From Vulcanimicrobiota bacterium (lineage in GTDB: Bacteria; Vulcanimicrobiota; Xenobia; Xenobiales; JADMJV01): a DNA stretch of 64,000 bases. Below the pieces are notes generated by a model, which ran no database searches, was not told the DNA's origin, and saw only the letters and a program-made list of their open reading frames with translations. Positions 48,278 to 56,683 of this stretch are shown here, one piece after another. Every line of letters starts with the position of its first letter. Positions within the stretch are counted from its first letter, which is position 1. The DNA is taken from NCBI GenBank assembly GCA_050250895.1, contig JBFWNU010000007.1:352001-416000 (forward strand), in the 5' to 3' direction. Position numbers and translations under genes: made by a program.

Positions 48278-49272
48278 TGCCGCTCGTTTCCTTTCTTCTG
48301 CCTGTTCGCAACGCTTTGTCCACTCTCGAGGCCGCCATCGCCAGCCTGCGGTGGCAGACTTTCACCGATTGGGAGGCGGTGGTGGTGGACGACGGGTCGA
48401 GCGATGGCAGTTCGCAACGGTTGGCCGAGTTGGCTTCACTCGATGCTCGCTTGCGCGTCTTTTCTCGCCCCCCGGCCGGACTGGTGGCCAGTTTGAACTT
48501 TGGCCTGGCCCAATGCACGGGTCGTTTCGTGGCTCGCATGGATGCTGACGACATCTGTCACCCCCGCCGCCTCGAACGGCAACTAAGCTGGCTCGAAGAC
48601 TTCGAGGTGGTCGGTTGCGGCACCCGGATCTTCCCCATGACCGAGGTTCGGTGCGGCTTTCGGCGCTATCAAGATTGGCTCAACTCGCTGCTCACTCCCG
48701 AACAACATCGGCGCGATCTGCTGGTAGAAAGTCCCCTGGTGCATCCTTCGGTCACACTGCATCGCGAGTGGCTCGAAGCGGTAGGTGGCTATCGCGACCA
48801 GGGCTGGGCTGAGGACTACGATCTCTGGCTGAGATTGACCGAGAGGGGTGCCCGCCTGGTGAAAACCCCCGAGATCCTGTTCTTCTGGCGCGACCGACCC
48901 ACGCGGATGACACGCACCGATCAAGCTTATAGCGCCGAACGCTTGCGGGCTTTGAAGGTGAACTTCTTACTGCGCAACCACCTCGATGCTCAGCGCCAGG
49001 CCGTCATCTGGGGGGCCGGGCGTAACGGCAAGCGATTGGCCCGCGAGGTAGTCCGGCAAGGTGGACGGGTGGCCGCCTTTGCTGACCTTCACCCCGGCCG
49101 CATTCATCAACGCATCGACGACATCCCGGTCTTGCATCCCCAGGCGGTGAGCAGGGCTCCCGAGTTGCTGCACCTGTCGGCTGTCGGTCAGGACGGCGGT
49201 CGAGCCCAGGTGCGGCTGGAGGCACGCCGGCTGGGGCTCGAAGAGGGGAAAGACTTTCTATGTCTGGCCTGA
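48277..49272 (+). CDS. Glycosyltransferase family 2
   Basis: VSFLLPVRN, VDDGSSD, RMDADD, EDYDLWLR. Confidence 0.92.
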   Translation: MPLVSFLLPVRNALSTLEAAIASLRWQTFTDWEAVVVDDGSSDGSSQRLAELASLDARLRVFSRPPAGLVASLNFGLAQCTGRFVARMDADDICHPRRLERQLSWLEDFEVVGCGTRIFPMTEVRCGFRRYQDWLNSLLTPEQHRRDLLVESPLVHPSVTLHREWLEAVGGYRDQGWAEDYDLWLRLTERGARLVKTPEILFFWRDRPTRMTRTDQAYSAERLRALKVNFLLRNHLDAQRQAVIWGAGRNGKRLAREVVRQGGRVAAFADLHPGRIHQRIDDIPVLHPQAVSRAPELLHLSAVGQDGGRAQVRLEARRLGLEEGKDFLCLA

Positions 49273-49334
49273 ACAGCGCAAATGGTGCCCCCGCCAAGCG
49301 GGCGAGAGGGGTGAAAAAAAAATCCGCGAACTTG

Positions 49335-49360
49335 GGAACCCAGTTCAGGGATCTTGCGTT
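49335..49360 (+). promoter_or_regulatory. Putative ECF-sigma promoter of the precursor gene
   Basis: GGAAC (49335-49339), N17, CGTT (49357-49360), 40 nt before the ATG; GAGGAGG RBS follows. Confidence 0.45.
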
Positions 49361-49400
49361 AGGATACCCGTAAAGTTCCGAACCATTAGAGGAGGGTTAG

Positions 49401-49925
49401 ATGAATCGAAGAGATTTTACCAAGATGATGGCCGCAGCGGTAGCCGGAATGGTTGCCGGAGCCAAGGTGCTGCCTGCCCAGGCGAGCGAAGGCTGGATGT
49501 CTGACAAAGACGGCTGTGAAGGCAAAGACGGCTGCAAAGGCAAGGACGGCTGCGAAGGTAAGGACGGCTGTAAGGGCAAGGACGGCTGTAAGGGCAAGGA
49601 CGGCTGCGAAGGCAAGGACGGCTGTAAGGGCAAGGACGGCTGCGAAGGCAAAGACCACTGCAAGGGCAAGGACCACTGCAAGGGCAAAGACGGCTGTGAG
49701 GGCAAAGACGGCTGTAAGGGCAAAGACGGCTGTAAGGGCAAAGACGGCTGTAAGGGCAAGGACGGCTGCGAAGGCAAGGACGGCTGTAAAGGCAAGGACG
49801 GCTGTAAGGGCAAGGACGGCTGTGAAGGTAAAGACGGCTGCAAGGGTAAGGACGGTTGCGAGGGCAAAGACAAAGCCAAGGATGGCTGCAAAGGCAAAGA
49901 CGGCTGCGGCGCGACTCGCAGTTAG
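49401..49925 (+). CDS. Tat-signal, Cys-rich repeat RiPP precursor / metal-binding protein (MNIO substrate candidate)
   Basis: MNRRDFTK twin-arginine motif, h-region and AQA cleavage site; 22 Cys in [K/E]GKD[G/H]C repeats; strong RBS; adjacent to DUF692. Confidence 0.88.
   Translation: MNRRDFTKMMAAAVAGMVAGAKVLPAQASEGWMSDKDGCEGKDGCKGKDGCEGKDGCKGKDGCKGKDGCEGKDGCKGKDGCEGKDHCKGKDHCKGKDGCEGKDGCKGKDGCKGKDGCKGKDGCEGKDGCKGKDGCKGKDGCEGKDGCKGKDGCEGKDKAKDGCKGKDGCGATRS
49506..49907 (+). repeat. Coding 18-bp tandem repeat (~22 units)
   Basis: Units such as AAGGGCAAGGACGGCTGT / GAAGGCAAAGACGGCTGC with mostly synonymous third-position variation. Confidence 0.95.
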
Positions 49926-49969
49926 TCAACCCTTAGCAGGCTCAATGGTCATCTGACCAAGCCTACCCG

Positions 49970-49996
49970 AGAAGGCCACGCCAGTGGCCTTCTTTC
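49970..49996 (+). terminator. Intra-operon stem-loop between the precursor and MNIO genes
   Basis: Perfect 10-bp stem AGAAGGCCAC-GCCA-GTGGCCTTCT followed by only a short pyrimidine tract. Confidence 0.65.
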
Positions 49997-50052
49997 ACGA
50001 GCGGCCGGGTTTATGCGGGCCGCGAAACGTGCATGAGAGCAAAGGAGGCAAG

Positions 50053-50922
50053 ATGGTAGCCAACCGCTGGAATATCCCCGACTATGGGCTCGGCATGGGA
50101 CTGCGCACGGTGCATTACGAGCATATCTTGACCCACAAGCCCCAGGTCGATTTCTTCGAGATTATCTCGGAGAACTTTCTCTCGACCCAGGGCCGGCCCT
50201 TGCACCTGCTCGATGAAATCGCATCGAAGTATCGCATTTTGATGCACGGTGTCTCGATGTCGGTGGGCAGCACCGACCCTCTCGACTTCGATTATCTAGG
50301 CAAGCTGAAAGCTCTGGCCAACCGCCTGAAGGTCCCGTTCGTGTCCGACCACCTTTGCTGGACAGGAGTATTGGGGCGTAACACCCACGACCTGTTGCCT
50401 GTTCCCCTGACCGAGGATTCGCTCCGCCATGTCGCCGGCCGAGTGCGGGTGATCCAGGACTTTCTCGAGCTGCCGGTGGCCCTCGAAAACCCCTCCAACT
50501 ATCTTGAGTTCAGCGTGTCTCAGATGGGTGAGGCCGAGTACATGGCCCGCCTGACCGAAGAGGCCGACTGCGGCTTGCTCCTCGATGTCAACAATGTCTA
50601 CGTCAGCGCCTTCAATCATGGCTTTGATCCCGACGAGTATATTCAGGCCGTGCCGGTCGAGCGCATCCTCTATCACCACGTTGCCGGTCACACCCACAAG
50701 GGGACGCACATCGTCGATACCCACTCCGACCATGTAGTCGAGAAAGTGTGGGAGATGTACGAGGCGATGCACATGCGCACGGGTGGACGCAGCACGATGG
50801 TCGAGTGGGATGATGACATTCCGGCCTTCGAGATCGTCCATCAAGAGGTTCTCAAAGCTCAGGTGTACCGCGACCGGGCCGAGGCACGACTGACCGAGAA
50901 AGAGGCTGTCGGTGGCCACTGA
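50053..50922 (+). CDS. DUF692 multinuclear non-heme iron oxidative enzyme (MNIO; MbnB/TglH/ChrH/BufB family)
   Basis: GLGMGLR..HY, FEIISENF, HGVSMSVGS, SDHLCW, DLLP.P, LENPS, LLLDVNN.YV, H.AGH, DTH, EWD; GGAGG RBS before ATG 50053. Confidence 0.95.
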   Translation: MVANRWNIPDYGLGMGLRTVHYEHILTHKPQVDFFEIISENFLSTQGRPLHLLDEIASKYRILMHGVSMSVGSTDPLDFDYLGKLKALANRLKVPFVSDHLCWTGVLGRNTHDLLPVPLTEDSLRHVAGRVRVIQDFLELPVALENPSNYLEFSVSQMGEAEYMARLTEEADCGLLLDVNNVYVSAFNHGFDPDEYIQAVPVERILYHHVAGHTHKGTHIVDTHSDHVVEKVWEMYEAMHMRTGGRSTMVEWDDDIPAFEIVHQEVLKAQVYRDRAEARLTEKEAVGGH

Positions 50923-51751
50923 TCAAATCGATCTACGCGAACTTCAGACCTGGCTGCAGACTTTCATCGTCACCCCTGGCGGCAGCCGCGACGCTATCGA
51001 GGCCGCCGAACGGGCCGCCGGCCTCGAGCAGGGCTCGGTCGAGAGAATGGTTCTGCCCTCGAAAACCCTCTCCCCGCTGCAACGCCTCGAGATCTATCGC
51101 GGGATGTATCTGCTGCGGATGGAAGAGGCGCTCGGCATCGACTACCCGGCCGTGCGTCATCTGGTAGGGGCCAAGGCCTTCTTTTCTATGGTGGCTGAGT
51201 ACGTAGAGGTCCACCCCTCGAGGTCTTACACTCTGGACCACGTAGGGCGCCATTTCGCCGAGTTTCTGGCTCGGAGCGGCCATCCGCAGGCCGGTTTGCT
51301 GGGAGATCTGGCCCGACTGGAGTTCGCCATGAATGAGGTCTTCCACGAGCCCGAGACATCGGTGTTGAGCCCTCTCGACCTGGCCGCCATCCCCCCCGAT
51401 GACTGGGAGTGGGCCCGGCTTGAACCCATCGCCGCTCTGCGTTTGCTAGAAACCGATTATCCGGCCAACGAGTATTTCACCGCTTACAACAACGACCGCC
51501 GGCCGCCCGCGGATCTTGGTCCCCGGGCCAACCGGGTGGTGGTGTGGCGTCAGCAGTTCAAAGTCTGGCGCATGCCTCTCGAACCGGCCGCTTTGCAATT
51601 GTTGCAGTTGTTGACCTCGGGATTGCCGTTGGGGCAGGCGCTCGCCGCCACGGCGGCCGAGAGTCCCCTGGTCGAAGACCAGCTCTTTGATTGGTTTAGC
51701 TCATGGGTGGGTGAAGGCATGTTCAGCCGCATCACCACCATCAGGCAGTGA
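50912..51751 (+). CDS. DUF2063-type MNIO partner protein (HvfC/BufC-like)
   Basis: L.ELQ..L, RLEIYR..Y..R..EAL..DYP, F......Y...HPS, DLARLE.A; overlaps the DUF692 stop. Confidence 0.88.
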   Translation: MATDQIDLRELQTWLQTFIVTPGGSRDAIEAAERAAGLEQGSVERMVLPSKTLSPLQRLEIYRGMYLLRMEEALGIDYPAVRHLVGAKAFFSMVAEYVEVHPSRSYTLDHVGRHFAEFLARSGHPQAGLLGDLARLEFAMNEVFHEPETSVLSPLDLAAIPPDDWEWARLEPIAALRLLETDYPANEYFTAYNNDRRPPADLGPRANRVVVWRQQFKVWRMPLEPAALQLLQLLTSGLPLGQALAATAAESPLVEDQLFDWFSSWVGEGMFSRITTIRQ

Positions 51752-52809
51752 GGGCCGCTTTCGCGCTCTGGCTGGCGATCCTGATGGGGGCGCCGGCCTG
51801 GGCCCAGAACCAGGTTGTGGAGAGTTTGGACCTCGAGCTGGGCAACTACACCTGGCGGGCCCTGGTGTCGGCCCCCGTCGAGGGGCGCCTGGAAGTCAGT
51901 TTTCTGACTGGCCAACGTCTTTTCGCGGTGGGTCCCGAGCCCCGTTGGGTGGCCATGACCTGCCCCTGGGCGCCCGAGTGGGGAGCGGCTCGACTGGCCT
52001 GGCGGGGGCCCGAGGGAGTCAGGCTCGAGCGCTCGCAAGTCATCCCCATCAAGTTCGCCGTCGATCCTACCGTCGAGGCCGGCGACGACGGCCAGCCTCT
52101 GGTTCGATTTGGCTTTCTGGGCACTCCTCCCGAAGAGGCCAAGCTGCAGGTGCCCCAGGAAGCAGTCCCGCCAGGTGATCCGATTCGCTGGCGGGTCGAC
52201 GATGCCGAGGGTGTTCCCCTCCACGGCGGCGGCGAGGTGGTCGCTCGGCTGGCCGAAGTTCGGGCCTATCGGCCTGAGCTGGTGCTCTCCCTCGAGCAGC
52301 GGCCGCAGCAGAGCTTTCCCTTAGAGTTGACCGACCGGATCGTGCTCGAGATTCCCGACCAGCTGCCGGTAGCGGCGGTGGCCGACTGGATCGACCGGGC
52401 GCACCGGCTGGCTCCGCCCCAGGGGGTCTACCTGCGGGCTCGCGGACCCCAGGTAGAGCGCCAGGTCTGGCTCGCTTTGCACCATCGGGCCGAGGGGGTG
52501 TGGCTGGACGCGATGCCCGAACGCCTGCGTGACGAAATGGCCCGGGTGGCCGATTATCTCAAGGACGGGCCGGTGGCCGTGCCCGGGGCGGCCGCTCTGT
52601 CGATCAGGGTCTGGCGCGGCGACGGGGCCAGCCTGCTTTCGGTGGTCAATCTTAGCCAGCAAGCTCAAGAAGGCCGGCTGCGCCTGGGGCCTGAGGTGGG
52701 CAGGGTTTTTGGGCTTCCCGACGGAGCTCCAATCGAGCCCGTCGAGGGGGAGTTGATGTTGCGACTTTCGGCCGGAGGAGTCGCTCTCTATATCCTGGAG
52801 GCGCGCTGA
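51748..52809 (+). CDS. Secreted hypothetical protein
   Basis: Signal peptide MRAAFALWLAILMGAPAWA; GTGA coupling to the upstream gene. Confidence 0.7.
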   Translation: MRAAFALWLAILMGAPAWAQNQVVESLDLELGNYTWRALVSAPVEGRLEVSFLTGQRLFAVGPEPRWVAMTCPWAPEWGAARLAWRGPEGVRLERSQVIPIKFAVDPTVEAGDDGQPLVRFGFLGTPPEEAKLQVPQEAVPPGDPIRWRVDDAEGVPLHGGGEVVARLAEVRAYRPELVLSLEQRPQQSFPLELTDRIVLEIPDQLPVAAVADWIDRAHRLAPPQGVYLRARGPQVERQVWLALHHRAEGVWLDAMPERLRDEMARVADYLKDGPVAVPGAAALSIRVWRGDGASLLSVVNLSQQAQEGRLRLGPEVGRVFGLPDGAPIEPVEGELMLRLSAGGVALYILEAR

Positions 52810-54665
52810 TGGGTTGGGCCCTGCTGGTATGGGGACTTTTGCCTCTGGCCGCCTGCGCCTACAAACCTCGCTTTGGCTACTGGGCCGTGGCCGTCTGGTT
52901 GCTGCTGGCTCCCACTGGCAAGGGCCTGTGGTTGTTGCATGAGCTGGGAATTACTCCGAAAGCTGGTGCCTGGGAGTATCTCTGGGAAGTGAGCAATGGA
53001 CTGGCGCTGGTGGGTTTCTCTCTGTTGGTGTGGCCGCGCCTGGCTCCGCTGATCATGGTCGTGCTAGCCGGTTTACTCTCGGTCCTGGCCCTGGGAGACC
53101 TGCTCTACTATCGTTATCTGCAAGATTTCGTGAGCTGCGATCTCTACAGCGGGGCTCCCCAGTTGGTCAGCATCACCGACAGTATCCGCGCCCTGCTCGA
53201 GCCGGGCGACGGCTGGCTTTTTGCTGACCTGGTGCCGGTGGCCATGGCGGCTGGTTGGGCGATCAGGCGAGCCGATGACAAGGTGGAGTGGCGACGTCTG
53301 GGTGCCATGGCTCTGGCCGGGTGGCTGATGGTCAGCGGCCTCTATGTCGCTCGCATGCCGAGCAGTCAGAACACCTTGCTGGTAAAACGCTTTCGCAACT
53401 CCGCCATCCTTAAAGAGTTGGGCCTGCTCAACTATCACGTCTACGATGTCTATCAAGCCCTCGAGCGCCACAGCGGTGCGCTTGGAGCCTACGAAAAGGA
53501 TCCTCGGCGGATCGCCGAGGCGCTGCAGCAAGCGAGGCAGGCCAACCACCGACCCACCGCTCTGCAGGGTGTGTTGCGGCACAAGAACGTCATCATGGTG
53601 CAGATGGAGTCCTTTCAGGACTTCGTACTCGGGCTCGAGGTCGATGGTCAGGAGGTCACACCTTTTCTCAACCGGATGGCCGGCCAGTCGCTACGATTTG
53701 ATCTGTTCGATCAGTCCCACTATGGACGCTCGTCTGACGGCGAGTTCGTGATGCTCAACTCGCTCCACCCCCCTCCTACCCGCCCCCTGTGTTACGCCTT
53801 TCCGTCCAACCACTATTACGGCTTGCCGGCCGCCCTCACTTCGGCCGGCTATCGCACCCTGTATGTGGTTCCGTATCTTGGCTCCTTCTGGAACGCGCGC
53901 AGGATGAGTTCGGCTTACGGCTTCGCGAGCGCCAGGTTCCGAGACGACTTGCCGCCGGCCGACTCGGACGAAAGCCTGGGCTGGGGGATGACCGACAAAG
54001 CTCTGTTCCGGCGCGTGGTGCGTGAAGTGTCGGCGGGGGATGAACCGTTCTTTGCTTACGTCGTGACACTCGGGGGACACCATCCCTACGATGAACTCTC
54101 GCCCAGCCAGCGCGAACTTCGATTGCCCGCTGAGCTCGAGGGTTCTCTGTTGGGTGACTACCTTCAGTGCTGCCGTTTTCGCGACCACGCGATCGAGAGC
54201 CTGATGGGGCAACTCGAACAGACCGGTCTGGCCCCGGACACGGTGGTGGTGCTGGTGGGTGACCACGATGCCGGGATTCCGGCCGACCAGTTGGAGAAGA
54301 TCGGGGTCGAGAAGTTTCCCTGGAGCGACCAGATTCCGGCCATCATTTGGGCGCCGGCGGAACTCCAACCCCAACACAGCCATCAACTCGCCGGCCAGAT
54401 CGACCTGGCCCCAACCCTGGCTCACCTGTTGGGTGTCTCAGACCCCCGGCTGGTCTTTCTGGGACGCAACCTTCTGGGTGAACCTCGGCAGTGGCTGGTC
54501 TCGCGACCCGGGTATCTGGTCGATGGCCAACACCGCTGGTTTAGTCTGGAAGACGCGAGCGAGCAGCAGGGCGCCGAACTCATCGAGGCCGGCCGTCGCG
54601 AACTCGACATTTCTCAGGCCATCCTACAGGGGGACCAGATCCCGATGCTAAAGGAGAGGTCATGA
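52809..54665 (+). CDS. LTA synthase family (sulfatase/phosphoglycerol transferase) membrane protein
   Basis: TM N-terminus; KNVIMVQMES, EVTPFLN, GRSSDGEF, HHPY, GDHD, GQIDLAPTL. Confidence 0.9.
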   Translation: MGWALLVWGLLPLAACAYKPRFGYWAVAVWLLLAPTGKGLWLLHELGITPKAGAWEYLWEVSNGLALVGFSLLVWPRLAPLIMVVLAGLLSVLALGDLLYYRYLQDFVSCDLYSGAPQLVSITDSIRALLEPGDGWLFADLVPVAMAAGWAIRRADDKVEWRRLGAMALAGWLMVSGLYVARMPSSQNTLLVKRFRNSAILKELGLLNYHVYDVYQALERHSGALGAYEKDPRRIAEALQQARQANHRPTALQGVLRHKNVIMVQMESFQDFVLGLEVDGQEVTPFLNRMAGQSLRFDLFDQSHYGRSSDGEFVMLNSLHPPPTRPLCYAFPSNHYYGLPAALTSAGYRTLYVVPYLGSFWNARRMSSAYGFASARFRDDLPPADSDESLGWGMTDKALFRRVVREVSAGDEPFFAYVVTLGGHHPYDELSPSQRELRLPAELEGSLLGDYLQCCRFRDHAIESLMGQLEQTGLAPDTVVVLVGDHDAGIPADQLEKIGVEKFPWSDQIPAIIWAPAELQPQHSHQLAGQIDLAPTLAHLLGVSDPRLVFLGRNLLGEPRQWLVSRPGYLVDGQHRWFSLEDASEQQGAELIEAGRRELDISQAILQGDQIPMLKERS

Positions 54666-55324
54666 CTGTAGATCATCTTTTGAAGACGACCCGCGCGGTC
54701 CGAAAACGTCTGGACCTGGAGCGCGAGGTTCCCGACCAGGTTCTCTATGATTGCCTGCAATTGGCCATTCAGGCCCCCACCGGTTCAAACCAGCAAGGCT
54801 GGCGTTTTCTGGTGGTGCGCGAGCCCGAGCGCCGCCAGGCTTTGGCCGACCTGTATCGCGAGGCCTTTGGCATCTATTCCAAGCAACAGGCCTCGGCGGG
54901 AGGCTCCTATAGCGGAGACGATCCTCGGGCCAAACGCTTGATGCCGGTCATCAAGTCGGCGGTGCATCTGGCCGAGAACATGCATCGAGTCCCGGTGCTG
55001 TTGATTGGCTGCGTCCAGGGGAGGGTAGAGGATCAGGGCCTGTTGGCCCAGGCCTCGCTCTACGGTTCGATCCTACCGGCTATGTGGTCGCTCCAGCTAG
55101 CCCTGCGCTCGCGCGGATTGGGCTCGGCCTGGACCACCCTTCACCTGATGTTCGAAGAGAAAGCCCGCGACTTGCTGGGGATTCCCGACGATTATACCCA
55201 GGCTTGTCTGTTGCCGATTGCCTATTACAAAGGCGAGGATTTCAAGCCGGCCAGCCGACTGCCGGTGGAGAAGGTGACCTTTTTGGACCGCTGGGATCAG
55301 CCCTTCCCAGGCCAGGGGAGTTAG
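54662..55324 (+). CDS. Nitroreductase family protein
   Basis: TTRAVRK, APTGSNQQGW.F, LALRSRGLGSAWTT. Confidence 0.92.
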   Translation: MTVDHLLKTTRAVRKRLDLEREVPDQVLYDCLQLAIQAPTGSNQQGWRFLVVREPERRQALADLYREAFGIYSKQQASAGGSYSGDDPRAKRLMPVIKSAVHLAENMHRVPVLLIGCVQGRVEDQGLLAQASLYGSILPAMWSLQLALRSRGLGSAWTTLHLMFEEKARDLLGIPDDYTQACLLPIAYYKGEDFKPASRLPVEKVTFLDRWDQPFPGQGS

Positions 55325-55375
55325 ACAGGAGCGCTCCGCCGGCTCGCCGAACGCGCGGAGCCGGGAGTTTATGCT

Positions 55376-56683
55376 ATGAAACGAATTCTTTGCCTGGTTT
55401 TTCTTATGGCCGGAGTGGCCTGGGCCTCGCCCCTCGAGGTGGTTGAACTCGATTGGGGAGGGGATGCGACCCTGGGTGCCACGGTCGAAATCAAAGCTGT
55501 CGTTCAGAATCGTTCCGATGAGGTCATCAATGGCGCTGTGGTGGTGGTCCGGTCGGGCGGTCAAGAGCTGGGTCAACTCAGCGACCGCACCCGCATTCCA
55601 CCAGGTCAGAAGAGCGTGTTGAAGGCCAGCTTCACGGTTCCGACTCCACTTGTCGGCCAATCGACCGAGCGGCTCGAGGCCAGGGCGCGGAAGTATTTTC
55701 TCCCCGACTTGAGTATCGAACGGGTCAGTCTGCCGGCCTATCTGGTGGCCGGTCAACGTTCCGAGATCGTCGTATGGGTGAAGAATGACGGCGATGACGA
55801 GGCCCTGGCCCCGACCGTTGGCCTGCGCTCTAACGGAAAGCCTGTGGCCAATCAAACAGCCGCCCAGTCGGTCGGACCCAAGCGAAGCATGCCCTATACC
55901 CTTCATTGGGTTCCTAAAGAAACGGGCAATCTTGAACTCGACATCATGGCCGACCCGGCCGACCGCCTCGAAGAACTCGACGAGTCCAACAACGGACAAC
56001 ACGCCAGTATCGAGGTCAAAGCCGACGAGGGCGACCCGCTGCTGGTCACCTCGGTTTCCCTCAATCCGTCTCCGCTGCGAGTGGCTTCTCCGGCCACGGC
56101 TCAGGTGACGGTCAAGAACCGAGGAACGTTGCCTCTGGCCAGAATTCCGCTACGCATCTATGCCAACGGAGAAATGCTCAAGGAGTATATCGGACGCGAA
56201 CGACTCGAGCCTGAAGAGTCGCGCACCTTTCTCATTCGGTGGGTGCCCAAGCGAGCCGGCGAGCAGACCGTCGTGGTCGACATCGACGGGCAGCCCGATC
56301 CCAAGGACGGCCGCAACCGCAAATTGGTCGAGGTGGTGGATCGTCCGGCCCAGGATCTGCAGGTGACGGCGATTGATCTGGGCTCGACGGTGATGGTGGG
56401 CAAACGCTATAAGTTGCTGGTGGACGTGGCCAATCTCGGAGAACTCGATGCCACCACCTGTCGGGTCAAGCTTCTCGAAGACGGCGCCCAGCGCGAAGAC
56501 GCTGTTTCGCAGGCGTTTGACCTGGCCGCGGGCAAGACCGCTCGCGTGCCCGTCGATTGGATTCCCCAGCGTCGCGGAAAGCGCAATTTGAGGGTGGTCA
56601 TCTTTTCCGAAGGTGTCAGCCAGGAGCGCCAGGTCGAAAACAATGAACTCGTGCACGAACTCGAGGTGACCGGCCACAAGTGA
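55376..56683 (+). CDS. Secreted multi-CARDB domain protein
   Basis: Signal peptide; repeats PDLSI...VKNDG...W.P...E.DESNN and V.N.G...W.P. Confidence 0.85.
   Translation: MKRILCLVFLMAGVAWASPLEVVELDWGGDATLGATVEIKAVVQNRSDEVINGAVVVVRSGGQELGQLSDRTRIPPGQKSVLKASFTVPTPLVGQSTERLEARARKYFLPDLSIERVSLPAYLVAGQRSEIVVWVKNDGDDEALAPTVGLRSNGKPVANQTAAQSVGPKRSMPYTLHWVPKETGNLELDIMADPADRLEELDESNNGQHASIEVKADEGDPLLVTSVSLNPSPLRVASPATAQVTVKNRGTLPLARIPLRIYANGEMLKEYIGRERLEPEESRTFLIRWVPKRAGEQTVVVDIDGQPDPKDGRNRKLVEVVDRPAQDLQVTAIDLGSTVMVGKRYKLLVDVANLGELDATTCRVKLLEDGAQREDAVSQAFDLAAGKTARVPVDWIPQRRGKRNLRVVIFSEGVSQERQVENNELVHELEVTGHK

Noticed and set aside
48277-49272. GT2 as a tailoring enzyme of the RiPP
   Set aside because: It is coupled to the cyclase operon and separated from the precursor by a distinct promoter-like gap; no supporting evidence.
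49506-49907. Tandem repeat as a CRISPR array or non-coding VNTR
   Set aside because: The 18-bp units are contiguous with no unique spacers, vary synonymously within a signal-peptide ORF, and no cas genes are present.
49386-49956. Alternative-frame repeat ORFs (PSLPLQ, RPCPYS, RTAVRA, AVLALT repeats)
   Set aside because: These are shadows of the stop-free 18-bp repeat; only 49401-49925 has an RBS, a signal peptide and a fitting gene context.
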